From a virus: 64,000 bases of DNA. Below, piece after piece: positions 35,094 through 45,103 of this stretch (its first letter is position 1; every line of letters starts with the position of its first letter). The stretch is from the IMG/VR virus record IMGVR_UViG_3300042311_001406, positions 27,323 through 91,322 of that record; one strand, written 5' to 3'. Position numbers and translations under genes: made by a program. The notes below the pieces were generated by a model. It was not told the DNA's origin, made no database searches, and saw nothing but the letters and a program-made list of their open reading frames with translations.

Positions 35094-38000
35094 ATGAGCA
35101 TCCAGCACGCGTCCTCGACCTTCGACAGCGTCAAGCGCAACCTCGTGGAACACCTCACGAGCTTGTTCCCTCTGGAGAGCGAGGGTCGAACGTTGCGGCT
35201 CACTGGCCCAATCGTGGTCGATGATCGACTGGCGATGGATGACTACGAGGGGCAGCGCGCGGCTCGTACGGCCGGGAAGTCGTGGACGGTGCCCGTCAAA
35301 GCGCCGTTGGAACTCCTGAAGGGCGACCGGGTCATCGACCGGAAGACGGTCAAGCTGCTCGACCTGCCACGTCTGACCAACCGCGGCTCGTACATCGTTG
35401 GCGGCACCGAATACATGTTCCCAGCCCAGAAGCGCCTGCGCTCTGGCGTCTACGTGCGCACCCGCGGCGACGGCACCACCGAGGCCATGTTCAACCTCAA
35501 GAAGGGCCGCAACTTCTCGGTGGCGATGCACCCGTCGAAAGGGAACTTCGTCATCGAGATCGCGACGACCACGACGCTGCCGCTCTACCCGCTCCTGCGT
35601 GCACTCGGTGTCGAAGACAGCGAGATGGTGAAAGCCTGGGGCCGTGAAGTGTTCACGGCGAACCACATGGTCGAAAGCAGCGACGCCTACAAGAAGGCAC
35701 AGCAGCGCATCTTCGACTTGATCTCGTACAACGATCGTCGGGAAGACGCTCAGGTCCCACAGCCCGCAGACATGAACGCCGCCATCCGTGACAAGATCGG
35801 CGAGTCGTCGTGGGATGGCGACAACGTCGAGCTGACTCTCGGCTTCAAGACCGCGGGTCTCGACGGACCCAGCCTCTTGGCCGCCGCCACGAAGTTGCTC
35901 CAGGTGAACCGCAACGAGGCCAAGGAAGACAACCGTGAGTCGCTGATCCACAGCGACATCGTCGACTTGAGCGACTACATCGTCGAGCGCTACAACGACC
36001 GCCAGTTCCGTGGCCGCCTGCAGCGCCAGCTTGCCCGCATGGTGGGCAATGCCGACACCGTGACCGACGCGATCCCGCGTGACGCTTTCCAGCGCCCTGT
36101 GAACTCGCTGATGACCGAGGCCGCCATCAGCCGCAGCCCGAACCAGGGCAACCCGCTTGGCATTATGAGCGACTACACCGCAGTCACGGTTCGCGGTGAA
36201 GGTGGCATCGAGAGCGACCATGCGCTGACGCGTGGCGTGCGCGCGCTCGACCCCAGCCACCTCGGCTTTCTGGACCCAGCCCACACGCCTGAAGGCGCCC
36301 AGATCGGCACGACCCTGCACTTGGCTGCCGGTACCCGCAAGAAGGGCCGCACCTTGGTGACCGACGTGTGGAACTTCCGCAGCAAGTCTCTCATGGAGGC
36401 GACGCCGATCGACATCCACAAGGGCGTCATCGCGTTCCCCGACTTCTTTGACGTCGTCAGCAAGCGGCTCAAGCCGGTCAATGGGAAGATCAAAGCCATG
36501 AAGGCTGGCGAGATCGTTGAGGTCTTGCCTGCAGAAGTCGACATGGCTTTCACGCTCCCAGAGCAGCTCTTCGACACCAACTCGCTCGCTGTTCCGTTCT
36601 TGAGCCACAACAACGGTGTGCGCTTGATGACGGCTGCCAAGATGGGTGTGCAAAGCAAGACCCTGGTGCACCGCGAGGCGCCCAAGGTGCAGGTGCTGCT
36701 GCCCGACCAGAAGGAGACGCTTGAAGGCGCCATGGGCAAGAGCTTCAGCGTGCAGTCCCCCGTCGATGGCGTCGTCGAAAAGATCGAAGAACAGGCGATC
36801 ATCGTCAGCGGCCAGAAAGTGCCGATGCCGAAATACTTCCCGTTGAACAACGGCAACTACTGGCACGCCAAGCCCAAGGTGAAGGTCGGTGACAAGGTCA
36901 AGAAGGGTCAACTCCTGGCCGACACCAACTTCACCAAAGACGGCGTTCTGGCGCAGGGCACCAACCTGCGCGTCGCCTACGTGCCGTACAAAGGCCTCAA
37001 CTTCGAGGACGGCGTCGTCATCAGCGAAGGGGCGAGCTCGAAGCTGACCAGCGAGCACGTCTACCCGGTCGACTTCGCGTACGACAGCGAGACGGTGATC
37101 AACAAGAAGTCGTTCCAGTCGTACTTTCCGACGACGTTTACCGAAGAGCAGGTCAAGCAGATCGACGATGGCGGTCTGATCACTGTCGGCACAACGCTGA
37201 CCTACGGCATGCCCATGGTGCTGGCGCTCAAGAAGCGGCAGCTCGGCACCGAGGGTGAGCGCCTGGCCTCCATCTCCCGCATGCTGGCCACCGAGTACAG
37301 CGACGCAAGCTTGACGTGGAAGAAGCACGTTGCCGGCGAAGTGCTGGAGATCGTGCACCGCAACAATGAGATCGTCATCCACGTTCGCACCGAGGAGCCG
37401 GCGCGCATCGGCGACAAGATCGTTGGCCGCTACGGCAACAAGGGCGTAATCGTCCACATCATCCCGAACGACCAGATGCCGAAGGATGCTGGTGGCAAGC
37501 CATTGGACTTGCTGCTGAATCCGAATGGCGTCGTCGGCCGCATGAACCTGGGCCAGATTCTGGAGACCACCAGCTCACGTATCTCCGAGAAGACTGGCAA
37601 GCCGTACGTCGCCAGCGGCTTCGGTGGAAATGCCACGGAGCGCGTAACTGCTGAGCTCAAGAAGCTGGGCCTGAAGGATCACGAGACGATTCACGATCCG
37701 ATCGACAACATCGACATCCCCGGCATCCTGGTTGGCAGCCAGTACATCTACAAGCTGGAGCATCAGGCCACCAAGAAGGTGAGCTCGCGCGGTGGCGGCC
37801 CTGAAGCGCTGGAGCACGGCGAGGTCTACACCAGCGAGAACCAGCCGGCGAAGGGTTCTGGCGTCGGCGGACGCGCCATCGGCAGCATGGAGATGTACGC
37901 GCTGTTGGCCCACGGCGCGACGAAGAACATCCACGAGATCTACACGAGCAAGTCGAACTTCGATCCGGAGTTCTGGCGTGCTGTGGTCAGCGGCCTCCCG

Positions 38001-41000
38001 CTCCCGCCGCCGAAGGCAACTTTCAGCAGCGAGAAGTTCGTCACCCTGCTCAAGGGTGCCGGCATCGACGTCCGCATCGACGAAGACATGAAGGAGGCGC
38101 GCTTCGTTCCCTTCCTCGATCGCCAGGTGCTGGCCGCCAGCAACGGCGAGATCAAGAAGTCTGCGGTCATTCGCGACAAGGACGGCGCCGAGATTCCTGG
38201 TGGCCTCTTCGACCTGAAGGCGACGGGTGGCCTCAAGGGCGAGCACTACTCGCACATCACGCTGCCAGAGCCGATGCCGAGCCCGATGTTCAGCAAGGCC
38301 ATCGCAACGCTGCTTGGCATCCGTGAGGACGACATCAGCAGCGTCATCGACGGCAGCATGGAACTCAAGTCTGGTGGCTCTGGTCCGCAGGCGCTCAAGA
38401 AGGCTTTGTCTGCCATCGACGTCGACGCCCGCATCAAGGCGGTCGAGACAGAGATCGTCGGCAAGAAGGCGGCGCAGCTCAACAAGCTGCACCGTGAACT
38501 TCGCTTCCTGAAGGCGCTGAAGTCGACCGGCACCAAGCCGAGCGAGTACATGATCAGCGTGCTGCCGGTCATCCCGCCGAAGTTCCGCCCCATCTACACA
38601 CTGCCTGACGGCGCCATCCGCGTCAGCGACCTGAACTACCACTACCAGGCGCTCCTGCAGCTCAACGAGCAGATTGCTCGCATGAAGGGCAAGCCGGAGT
38701 TCAAGGACGAGTACAAGAAGGCGCTGGGCCAGGTCTACAAGGGCATCAATGGTGTGGCTGGCGTCGACGCTGGCATCGTCGACCGCAAGGGCCAGGACAT
38801 CAAGGGCATCGTCGACACGCTGTCTGGCCAAGGATCGCCGAAGGGCGGCTACGTTCACTCGACGATGCTGAAGCGCCGCCAGGACATGAGCGGCTCGGCT
38901 GTGGCCACCGTGAACCCGAAGCTGGGCCTCGACGAAGTCGGCATCCCGGAAGAGACGGCCTGGAAGATGTTCCGCCCGCTCGTGCAGCGCGAGATGTCCA
39001 TCATGGGCTTCAAGCCGAACGACGCCAAGAAGGACATCGACGACCGCACCCCCGGCGCCCGCCAGGCGTTGGAGAACGTGATGCGCTCGCGCGTCGTCAC
39101 CATCAACCGTGCGCCGTCGCTGCATAAGTTCTCGATCATGGCGTTCAAGCCTCGCCTAACCAAGGGCTACGCCGTCGAGATGAACCCGTTCGTCTTCAAC
39201 GGCTTGAACCTCGACCTCGACGGTGACGTGCTCGGCATGCATGTTCCCGTCAGCGAAGAGGCGAATGCTGAAGCGCACGACATGCTCCCCAGTAAACACC
39301 TGTACAAGCCAGGGAGCGGCGCGCTCATGCCGAAGCTCGGTCAGGAGTACGTTCTGGGTCTCTACCGGATCACGTCGCCTGGCGAGAAGACGACGAAGGT
39401 CTACAGCTCGACGACGGCAGCCATCGCCGACCTCACGGCCCGCAAGATTGCCCCGAATGCCATGGTCAGTGTCCGCGGTCTTGGCGCGACGACGCCAGGC
39501 CGTGTGCTCATCAACAGCGTGCTGCCAGCCGCGGTCCGAGACTACGGCCTCATCTACACGCAGAAGGCGACCAACGCGAAGTTGGAGGAGATCGACAAGA
39601 AGGTCGGCCGTGACGCCTTCAGCAAGGCCCTCAGCGCCATCAGCGACATTGGCCGCCAGTACGCCTACAGCACCGGCGCCAGCTTCCTGTTGAGCGACCT
39701 GCAGGTGATGACCAAGGACCGCAACGACGCGTATCGGATCGCCGATCGCAAGGCCGACGCCATCCGTCTTGGTCCCGGCACTGAGGCTGAGAAGCGCAAG
39801 AAGCTCATCGAGATCTACCAGGCTGTCAGCAACGATCTGACCAACAACATCCACCTCAAGGACAACGACAGCAAAGGTCGCAACAACATCACCGAGATGC
39901 TGACCAGCGGCGCCCGTGGTAGCCCGGAGCAGGCCCGTCAGTTGGTGGCCAACGTCGGCGTCATGCTTGACCACGAGAACCGGCCGATGCCCTTGCCTGT
40001 CCGCGGCACATACACCGAGGGCCTCGACACCGCTGAATACTTCCAGCACATGTACGGAGCCAGAAAGGGCATGATCGACAAGTCGCAGTCGGTTCGTGAC
40101 CCTGGCGCGCTCACGAAGCAGATGGTCGTCTCGGCCACCAGCTTCCGTGTGGCCATGCTCGACTGTGGCACCAAGGGTGGCATCGCTGAGACCACGAAAC
40201 GGAACGATGCGATCGATCGCTATCTGGCTGAAGACATCCCTGGTGTTGCGCGGCACAACGAAGTCGTCACGACGACGGTGCTCAACAAGGCACGGGCCAA
40301 GGGCATTGTCGACATCAAGGTACGCAGCCCGTTGACGTGCCTGGTGCCGCAGGGTGTGTGCGTGCGCTGCTACGGCCTCGATGCTGAGGGGCAGCCGCCA
40401 TCCATCGGTGCTCACGTTGGCGTCGTCGATACCCACGCCATCACGGAGCCCACGACGCAGATGGCGCTCAAGAGCTTCCACACAGGTGGTGTCGCCACCC
40501 AGAAGCAGCAGCTCAGCACCGGGTTCGATCGTGCGGCTCAGTTGTTCGAGATGCCGTCGTCGCTCCGCGGCCACGCCATCGTCGCAGAAGTCCCCGGCGT
40601 GGTTTCTTCCGTCGAGAAGAGTAACTTCGGTGGCTGGTACGTCACGATCGCCAACAACAAGCACCGCATCCCGCACGACCGCGAAGTCATCGTCAAGGTC
40701 GGCGACGTCGTCACACCTGGTCAGGCGCTGACGTCCGGCAGCGTGCGACCGCAGGACACCATGCGTTTGCGTGGTCTGCACGCAGCCCGCATGACCTTGC
40801 GCGACGACATTCGGTCCGTGTTCGCGGAAGGTGGCGTGAACCTGAAGCCGAAGACGATCGAAACGGCTGTGCGCATGCTGACCGACACGGTCCGCATCAT
40901 CAACGCGGGGGATCACCCACACCTTGTCGTCGGCGACCACGCCAGCATGAGCCAGGTGGAGAACTGGAACCGGGAGAACCGCGACAAGCATCAGGTTCGG

Positions 41001-41219
41001 TACGTCAACGAGCTCCCAGGTTCTGAGTTCTTGCCGCACAAGCAAGATGACTGGGCGCACCGGATGGCCCATAATCGCCTGAGCGAAGTGCTGACCACGC
41101 AGGCGCCAATGGCGGGCACCGCCAGCCTGAAGGGTCCCAGCCCGTTTGCGTCACTGTTCCTTGGCCGCCCCATCCCTCTTCCTGTCAGCTCGACGCCGTC
41201 TATCGGCAACAAAGGTTGA
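35094..41219 (+). CDS. rpoBC: phage multi-subunit-type RNA polymerase, fused beta-beta'
   Basis: beta: TPEG, PFLSHN, GDKIVGRYGNKG, NPNGVVGRMNLGQILE, GSMEMYAL. beta': LPVIPPKFRP, NRAPSLH, DLDGD, SGARG, GARKG, EPTTQMALKSFHTGG. Confidence 0.95.
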   Translation: MSIQHASSTFDSVKRNLVEHLTSLFPLESEGRTLRLTGPIVVDDRLAMDDYEGQRAARTAGKSWTVPVKAPLELLKGDRVIDRKTVKLLDLPRLTNRGSYIVGGTEYMFPAQKRLRSGVYVRTRGDGTTEAMFNLKKGRNFSVAMHPSKGNFVIEIATTTTLPLYPLLRALGVEDSEMVKAWGREVFTANHMVESSDAYKKAQQRIFDLISYNDRREDAQVPQPADMNAAIRDKIGESSWDGDNVELTLGFKTAGLDGPSLLAAATKLLQVNRNEAKEDNRESLIHSDIVDLSDYIVERYNDRQFRGRLQRQLARMVGNADTVTDAIPRDAFQRPVNSLMTEAAISRSPNQGNPLGIMSDYTAVTVRGEGGIESDHALTRGVRALDPSHLGFLDPAHTPEGAQIGTTLHLAAGTRKKGRTLVTDVWNFRSKSLMEATPIDIHKGVIAFPDFFDVVSKRLKPVNGKIKAMKAGEIVEVLPAEVDMAFTLPEQLFDTNSLAVPFLSHNNGVRLMTAAKMGVQSKTLVHREAPKVQVLLPDQKETLEGAMGKSFSVQSPVDGVVEKIEEQAIIVSGQKVPMPKYFPLNNGNYWHAKPKVKVGDKVKKGQLLADTNFTKDGVLAQGTNLRVAYVPYKGLNFEDGVVISEGASSKLTSEHVYPVDFAYDSETVINKKSFQSYFPTTFTEEQVKQIDDGGLITVGTTLTYGMPMVLALKKRQLGTEGERLASISRMLATEYSDASLTWKKHVAGEVLEIVHRNNEIVIHVRTEEPARIGDKIVGRYGNKGVIVHIIPNDQMPKDAGGKPLDLLLNPNGVVGRMNLGQILETTSSRISEKTGKPYVASGFGGNATERVTAELKKLGLKDHETIHDPIDNIDIPGILVGSQYIYKLEHQATKKVSSRGGGPEALEHGEVYTSENQPAKGSGVGGRAIGSMEMYALLAHGATKNIHEIYTSKSNFDPEFWRAVVSGLPLPPPKATFSSEKFVTLLKGAGIDVRIDEDMKEARFVPFLDRQVLAASNGEIKKSAVIRDKDGAEIPGGLFDLKATGGLKGEHYSHITLPEPMPSPMFSKAIATLLGIREDDISSVIDGSMELKSGGSGPQALKKALSAIDVDARIKAVETEIVGKKAAQLNKLHRELRFLKALKSTGTKPSEYMISVLPVIPPKFRPIYTLPDGAIRVSDLNYHYQALLQLNEQIARMKGKPEFKDEYKKALGQVYKGINGVAGVDAGIVDRKGQDIKGIVDTLSGQGSPKGGYVHSTMLKRRQDMSGSAVATVNPKLGLDEVGIPEETAWKMFRPLVQREMSIMGFKPNDAKKDIDDRTPGARQALENVMRSRVVTINRAPSLHKFSIMAFKPRLTKGYAVEMNPFVFNGLNLDLDGDVLGMHVPVSEEANAEAHDMLPSKHLYKPGSGALMPKLGQEYVLGLYRITSPGEKTTKVYSSTTAAIADLTARKIAPNAMVSVRGLGATTPGRVLINSVLPAAVRDYGLIYTQKATNAKLEEIDKKVGRDAFSKALSAISDIGRQYAYSTGASFLLSDLQVMTKDRNDAYRIADRKADAIRLGPGTEAEKRKKLIEIYQAVSNDLTNNIHLKDNDSKGRNNITEMLTSGARGSPEQARQLVANVGVMLDHENRPMPLPVRGTYTEGLDTAEYFQHMYGARKGMIDKSQSVRDPGALTKQMVVSATSFRVAMLDCGTKGGIAETTKRNDAIDRYLAEDIPGVARHNEVVTTTVLNKARAKGIVDIKVRSPLTCLVPQGVCVRCYGLDAEGQPPSIGAHVGVVDTHAITEPTTQMALKSFHTGGVATQKQQLSTGFDRAAQLFEMPSSLRGHAIVAEVPGVVSSVEKSNFGGWYVTIANNKHRIPHDREVIVKVGDVVTPGQALTSGSVRPQDTMRLRGLHAARMTLRDDIRSVFAEGGVNLKPKTIETAVRMLTDTVRIINAGDHPHLVVGDHASMSQVENWNRENRDKHQVRYVNELPGSEFLPHKQDDWAHRMAHNRLSEVLTTQAPMAGTASLKGPSPFASLFLGRPIPLPVSSTPSIGNKG

Positions 41220-41225
41220 TCACAT

Positions 41226-41630
41226 ATGGCCATCAAGAAACCAACGGCGATCCCGAACTCGAATGGCGGCATCCAGTCGTCAGGGAACTTCACCCTCAGC
41301 AAGCACTTGCTTGGCGTTGACGGCTCAAATGTGCTCAACGACACCAGCGAGTGGATGCAGATCAACCAGGTTGCCTGGAAGACACTGTTCCTGCGACCGT
41401 TGAGCCAGGTTGTCGGCTCCAACATCACCACAGGCCAAGTTCGGGTGGAGTTCGCCATCACATTGGCGGCTGTGTCGCCAGAGGTGAACACCAAGGCCGC
41501 CCACTCCGTTGTGCTGACGCAGGCTGCGCCATTGCTCAACCTGGAGGCGCCGTATGGCTACGTGCGCGTCGTCGTCGCGGCTGCTGACCCTTTGATGATG
41601 CAGGTGGACTTCCATGGCATTGGCGTCTGA
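41226..41630 (+). CDS. hypothetical protein
   Basis: Follows the RNAP gene, AAGG RBS. Confidence 0.6.
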   Translation: MAIKKPTAIPNSNGGIQSSGNFTLSKHLLGVDGSNVLNDTSEWMQINQVAWKTLFLRPLSQVVGSNITTGQVRVEFAITLAAVSPEVNTKAAHSVVLTQAAPLLNLEAPYGYVRVVVAAADPLMMQVDFHGIGV

Positions 41631-42102
41631 CCAGATCGTCGACGAGCTCGTTCTGAGTCTCAGCGAGGCGACGAGCGACGAGTCAACCAATCGGCACACG
41701 GTACTGGAAGACGCCTTGCCACAGGACGAGGCTCTGGAGCCATGGCTGGCGGAACAAGAGGCGCGGTACCGCGTGAAGCTCAGCGACCGAGACCTTGGTC
41801 GCTGTTTCTCGTCGTGGAGTGTCTACGACCTCGCACGCGCCATCACACGCCTGCTGCTTTCGCGGTCTGCCGCCGAGAAGACGGCGGCGATGACCGAACA
41901 GCAACAGCGGCAGCGGTCACACCAGCGCTACATGGCCATGCGTGGCCTGCACCTGCAGCGCTCCAAGGCCTACCGGATCATCCACATGCAGACGATCCGC
42001 AGGAAGCAGAAGGCGTACCGCCGCAAGGTGAAGCGCAAGCAGATCAGACCCCAGAAGCGCATCGGCAGCGCTGCTGGCGGCTACTCTTTCATCCCGAGGT
42101 AG
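41614..42102 (+). CDS. bipartite acidic/basic protein with an EKTAA junction
   Basis: Acidic N-half and Arg/Lys-rich C-half. Confidence 0.6.
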   Translation: MALASDQIVDELVLSLSEATSDESTNRHTVLEDALPQDEALEPWLAEQEARYRVKLSDRDLGRCFSSWSVYDLARAITRLLLSRSAAEKTAAMTEQQQRQRSHQRYMAMRGLHLQRSKAYRIIHMQTIRRKQKAYRRKVKRKQIRPQKRIGSAAGGYSFIPR

Positions 42103-42105
42103 GCG

Positions 42106-42942
42106 ATGTCGTTCAACATTGGCGCAGCAATCCTTTCTGGTCTCACCGAGAAGCTGGCGATCAGCGATGCACTTGTGAATCGCTTGGGGTCCGGACGTGC
42201 CAAAAACGTATTCAACGGCAGCGATGCTGATGGAAAGAAACTGTTGCGATCGATTGAGCTCAGTGACGCCAGAGAACTCAGACAGAAACGGAAAGCAGCA
42301 GCACAAGCTGCTGTGATGCATCACGCGCCAACGAAAGTGACTGTCACCACTGCAACCAAGAGCACTGCAGCCGCCGCGAAGGCTCGTGGCTTTCGTGGGC
42401 CATCGCTGAAGCAGATGGGGGTCGGTGCCGGCATCGCCGCAGGCGTTGGTGCGGCGCTCTACGCTCGGCACCGTCGAGAGCGTGAAAAGACGGCAGCCAT
42501 CCCAGCGGCCCGGTTCAAAGAACTCCGCGGCCAGATCGCTGGTCGCCTGGCGCACCGGGTGGACATGGTGAGCAACCGCTTGCTGGATGCACACGGCTCG
42601 GACCTGTTGCGCCTCCGCGCTCAGAAGCGTCGTCTCGGTGGGATGCTGGGCCGTGCGCAGATGCACGAGACGAAGGCTGGGCTCCGAAGTGCTGGCGTGA
42701 ACACCAACGTGCGCAACAGTGCAGCATCGCTGTCGGCTGAGCGCTCCGCGGTGACGGGCTCGACCGCCAATGCCGCCACCAAAATCACCCGTCGTCCGGC
42801 ACCACCTGCAGGCGGCGGCATGGCGAACGATGCCACCAAGGTCGTGAAGACGCCGCCGCTGCCGGCTGCTACAGGTGGAGCTGACCACACGCGCACTGGG
42901 CTCGGGTGGCACCTCCAGAAGCCGAAGGTTCGCGCTGCATGA
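42106..42942 (+). CDS. basic K-x-A modular protein with a glycine zipper
   Basis: EKLAI, EKTAA; GVGAGIAAGVGAAL. Confidence 0.65.
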   Translation: MSFNIGAAILSGLTEKLAISDALVNRLGSGRAKNVFNGSDADGKKLLRSIELSDARELRQKRKAAAQAAVMHHAPTKVTVTTATKSTAAAAKARGFRGPSLKQMGVGAGIAAGVGAALYARHRREREKTAAIPAARFKELRGQIAGRLAHRVDMVSNRLLDAHGSDLLRLRAQKRRLGGMLGRAQMHETKAGLRSAGVNTNVRNSAASLSAERSAVTGSTANAATKITRRPAPPAGGGMANDATKVVKTPPLPAATGGADHTRTGLGWHLQKPKVRAA

Positions 42943-44801
42943 CGCTGCTTGGTCTCCACGACGACGATGATGACGGCGACTCAGGGATCGAGGTGGTGTC
43001 TCGTGCGCCGCTGCGATCTCTGGCTCGCAACTTCGAGTCGAAGGAGAGCCGAGAGCGTTTGCGCGACGCCTTCAACAGGGCGCGTGATGCCGCGGCTGAG
43101 GCCAAGGGTGGCGTGGCTGGCGGCATGTGGGTCGACAAGGACGGCGTGACGTGGACCACGCCGTCCAACATGATCGCCAACCGCATCTACATCAAGCGAG
43201 ACACGCCGTATTCGTTCATCGATCGACCGTGCATGAAGACGGTGTTTGATGATGATCACCGCTTCATTCTGATGAAGACGGCTCGTCAGGTGAGCAAAAG
43301 CACGACGCTGGCTGGCCGTCTGATGCTCAACACCGAGGTCTTGGCGCCGTACGCCGCCCTGTTCCTGAGCCCCAGCTACGACCAGACCTCGAAGTTCAGT
43401 CACCAGCGTCTTGGCCCCACGATCATGCAGAGCCCGCACCTCAAGGCTCGCATGAGCCGAGAGATGCTGAACAACGTCCTGGAGAAAGAGTTCATCGACG
43501 GCAGCCGCATCTATCTGAGCTACGCCAAGAGCGACGCGGATCGCGCACGTGGTATCTCGGTCGACGAAATCGACTTCGATGAGGTGCAGGACATGCACCT
43601 CAGCGCCATCGAGCCGGTCGTCCAGGAGTCGCTGTTCACCAGCGTGCACAAGAAGCGGTTCTACAGCGGCACACCGAAGTCGTTCAGCAACGGCATTGAA
43701 GGGCTGTGGCGCAACAGCGACCAGCGTGAGTGGATGGTGGCCTGCCGTCACCATTCTCCGGCCTATCACCAGAAGTTGACGATCAAGAACATCGGCAACG
43801 AAGGCCCAGTGTGTGTCAAGTGCGGGAACCTGCTCAACACGCTCGACGGCCTCTGGGTGCAGACCGTCACCGTGCTGCCTGACGGGAAGAAGCCAGAGAC
43901 GCACGGCTACCACCTGCCGCAGATCATCTTCCCAACGAACAAGGTCGTTCTCGGGAAGAAGCCGAATGGCAAAGACATCAAGGGCTTCCTGGACTGGGAT
44001 GACCTGCTGCTCCGCCTCTCGAACCCGAACGCTGAGATCGCGACGATTCAGAACGAAATCTTTGGTGAGAGTGCCGACAGCGCCAGCAAACCCATCAGCG
44101 AGGAGAAGCTGCGGTCACTGTGCCACAAAGACCGGCCCATGCCCACGGAGTACCCGGCCTGGGCGCAGGGCACGTACACCTTCGCTGGCGTCGACTGGGG
44201 CATGGGTCTCGGCTCATCGACGGTGCTTTCGATTGGCCAGTTCGACCCTCGCGACCCGTCGAAGTTCCGCATCATCTTCTGCAAGCGATGGGACGGTGGA
44301 GACGCCGACCCAGAAATCTGCGTGCCGTTGATCTTGCAGTATTGCCGCTGGTTCCGCGTCAAGCGCCTGCACGCCGACTGGGGTGGCGGCGCTGGCATCA
44401 ACAGCCGCATCATGGATGAACTCGGCCCAGAGTTCATCACGACGAACTACTGGTCGACGAACATGAGCGCCAAGATGGCGAACTACGACGACCGCCACAA
44501 CCGCTTCGTTTTGAACCGGAGCATGACGATCACGAAGTTCTTCCAAGCGCTGCGTCGAGATTCGATTCAGATCGCCTTCCGATGGGAGGACTACCGTGAG
44601 TTCTCCGTCGACATCCTCAACGTGTTCCGTGAGGAGCGCAAGAACGAGGACTACTACTACGATCACCCGCCAGGCACACAGGATGACGCGATGCACTCGC
44701 ACATCTACTGCTGGCTGGTGGCCTGCTGGCACCGCATCAACGAGAACTTCGTCGAGGACGCTCGTATCACTGGCAGTACGCACAACCCGTTGATGGTGTG
44801 A
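42939..44801 (+). CDS. terL: terminase large subunit (GpA-like)
   Basis: ARQVSKST Walker A, RARG, FDEVQD Walker B, SGTP, AGVDWG nuclease, QDDAMHS. Confidence 0.9.
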   Translation: MTLLGLHDDDDDGDSGIEVVSRAPLRSLARNFESKESRERLRDAFNRARDAAAEAKGGVAGGMWVDKDGVTWTTPSNMIANRIYIKRDTPYSFIDRPCMKTVFDDDHRFILMKTARQVSKSTTLAGRLMLNTEVLAPYAALFLSPSYDQTSKFSHQRLGPTIMQSPHLKARMSREMLNNVLEKEFIDGSRIYLSYAKSDADRARGISVDEIDFDEVQDMHLSAIEPVVQESLFTSVHKKRFYSGTPKSFSNGIEGLWRNSDQREWMVACRHHSPAYHQKLTIKNIGNEGPVCVKCGNLLNTLDGLWVQTVTVLPDGKKPETHGYHLPQIIFPTNKVVLGKKPNGKDIKGFLDWDDLLLRLSNPNAEIATIQNEIFGESADSASKPISEEKLRSLCHKDRPMPTEYPAWAQGTYTFAGVDWGMGLGSSTVLSIGQFDPRDPSKFRIIFCKRWDGGDADPEICVPLILQYCRWFRVKRLHADWGGGAGINSRIMDELGPEFITTNYWSTNMSAKMANYDDRHNRFVLNRSMTITKFFQALRRDSIQIAFRWEDYREFSVDILNVFREERKNEDYYYDHPPGTQDDAMHSHIYCWLVACWHRINENFVEDARITGSTHNPLMV

Positions 44802-44822
44802 TCGGCAGCTTGACTCAGTCGT

Positions 44823-44937
44823 AAAAAAAATCACCCGGTTGCCGGAGCTGCTGCTGACCTCCTCGTCAATCCCAGCGCCCTCGATACGAGGTGCGCATGG
44901 GTCTGTCGATTCGGTCAGCAGCAGCCAGAGAACGGCA
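44823..44937 (-). ncRNA. rod-like structured RNA or long terminator between convergent units
   Basis: 13-bp perfect arms 44847-44859/44913-44925, inner hairpin 44871-44901, T8 downstream on the minus strand. Confidence 0.4.
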
Positions 44938-45087
44938 TCAGCCTGCTGAGTGGCGTGAGCCTTCAGCAGCTTTTGACGTGTTTGCGATGCTCTTCTTCTT
45001 GGAGCGTCTTGATCGCCAAGCCATGACGAAATCGTAACCGTGCGCCAGCAAGGCGAGCACGAAGAGAATGACGACGATGATCGTCAC
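44938..45087 (-). CDS. small single-TM protein with a basic tail
   Basis: GGAG before GTG; IIVVILFVLALLA followed by RSRRSKKK. Confidence 0.45.
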   Translation of the reverse strand: MTIIVVILFVLALLAHGYDFVMAWRSRRSKKKSIANTSKAAEGSRHSAG

Positions 45088-45103
45088 GGCAAACTCCAGC
45101 GGC

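Noticed and set aside
35058-41072. Very long antisense ORFs opposite the RNAP (also 1810-3213, 9964-11973, 26753-28147, 51748-54114)
   Set aside because: They are shadow frames produced by high GC3 codon bias on the coding strand, with V/D/R/H-rich translations and no motifs.
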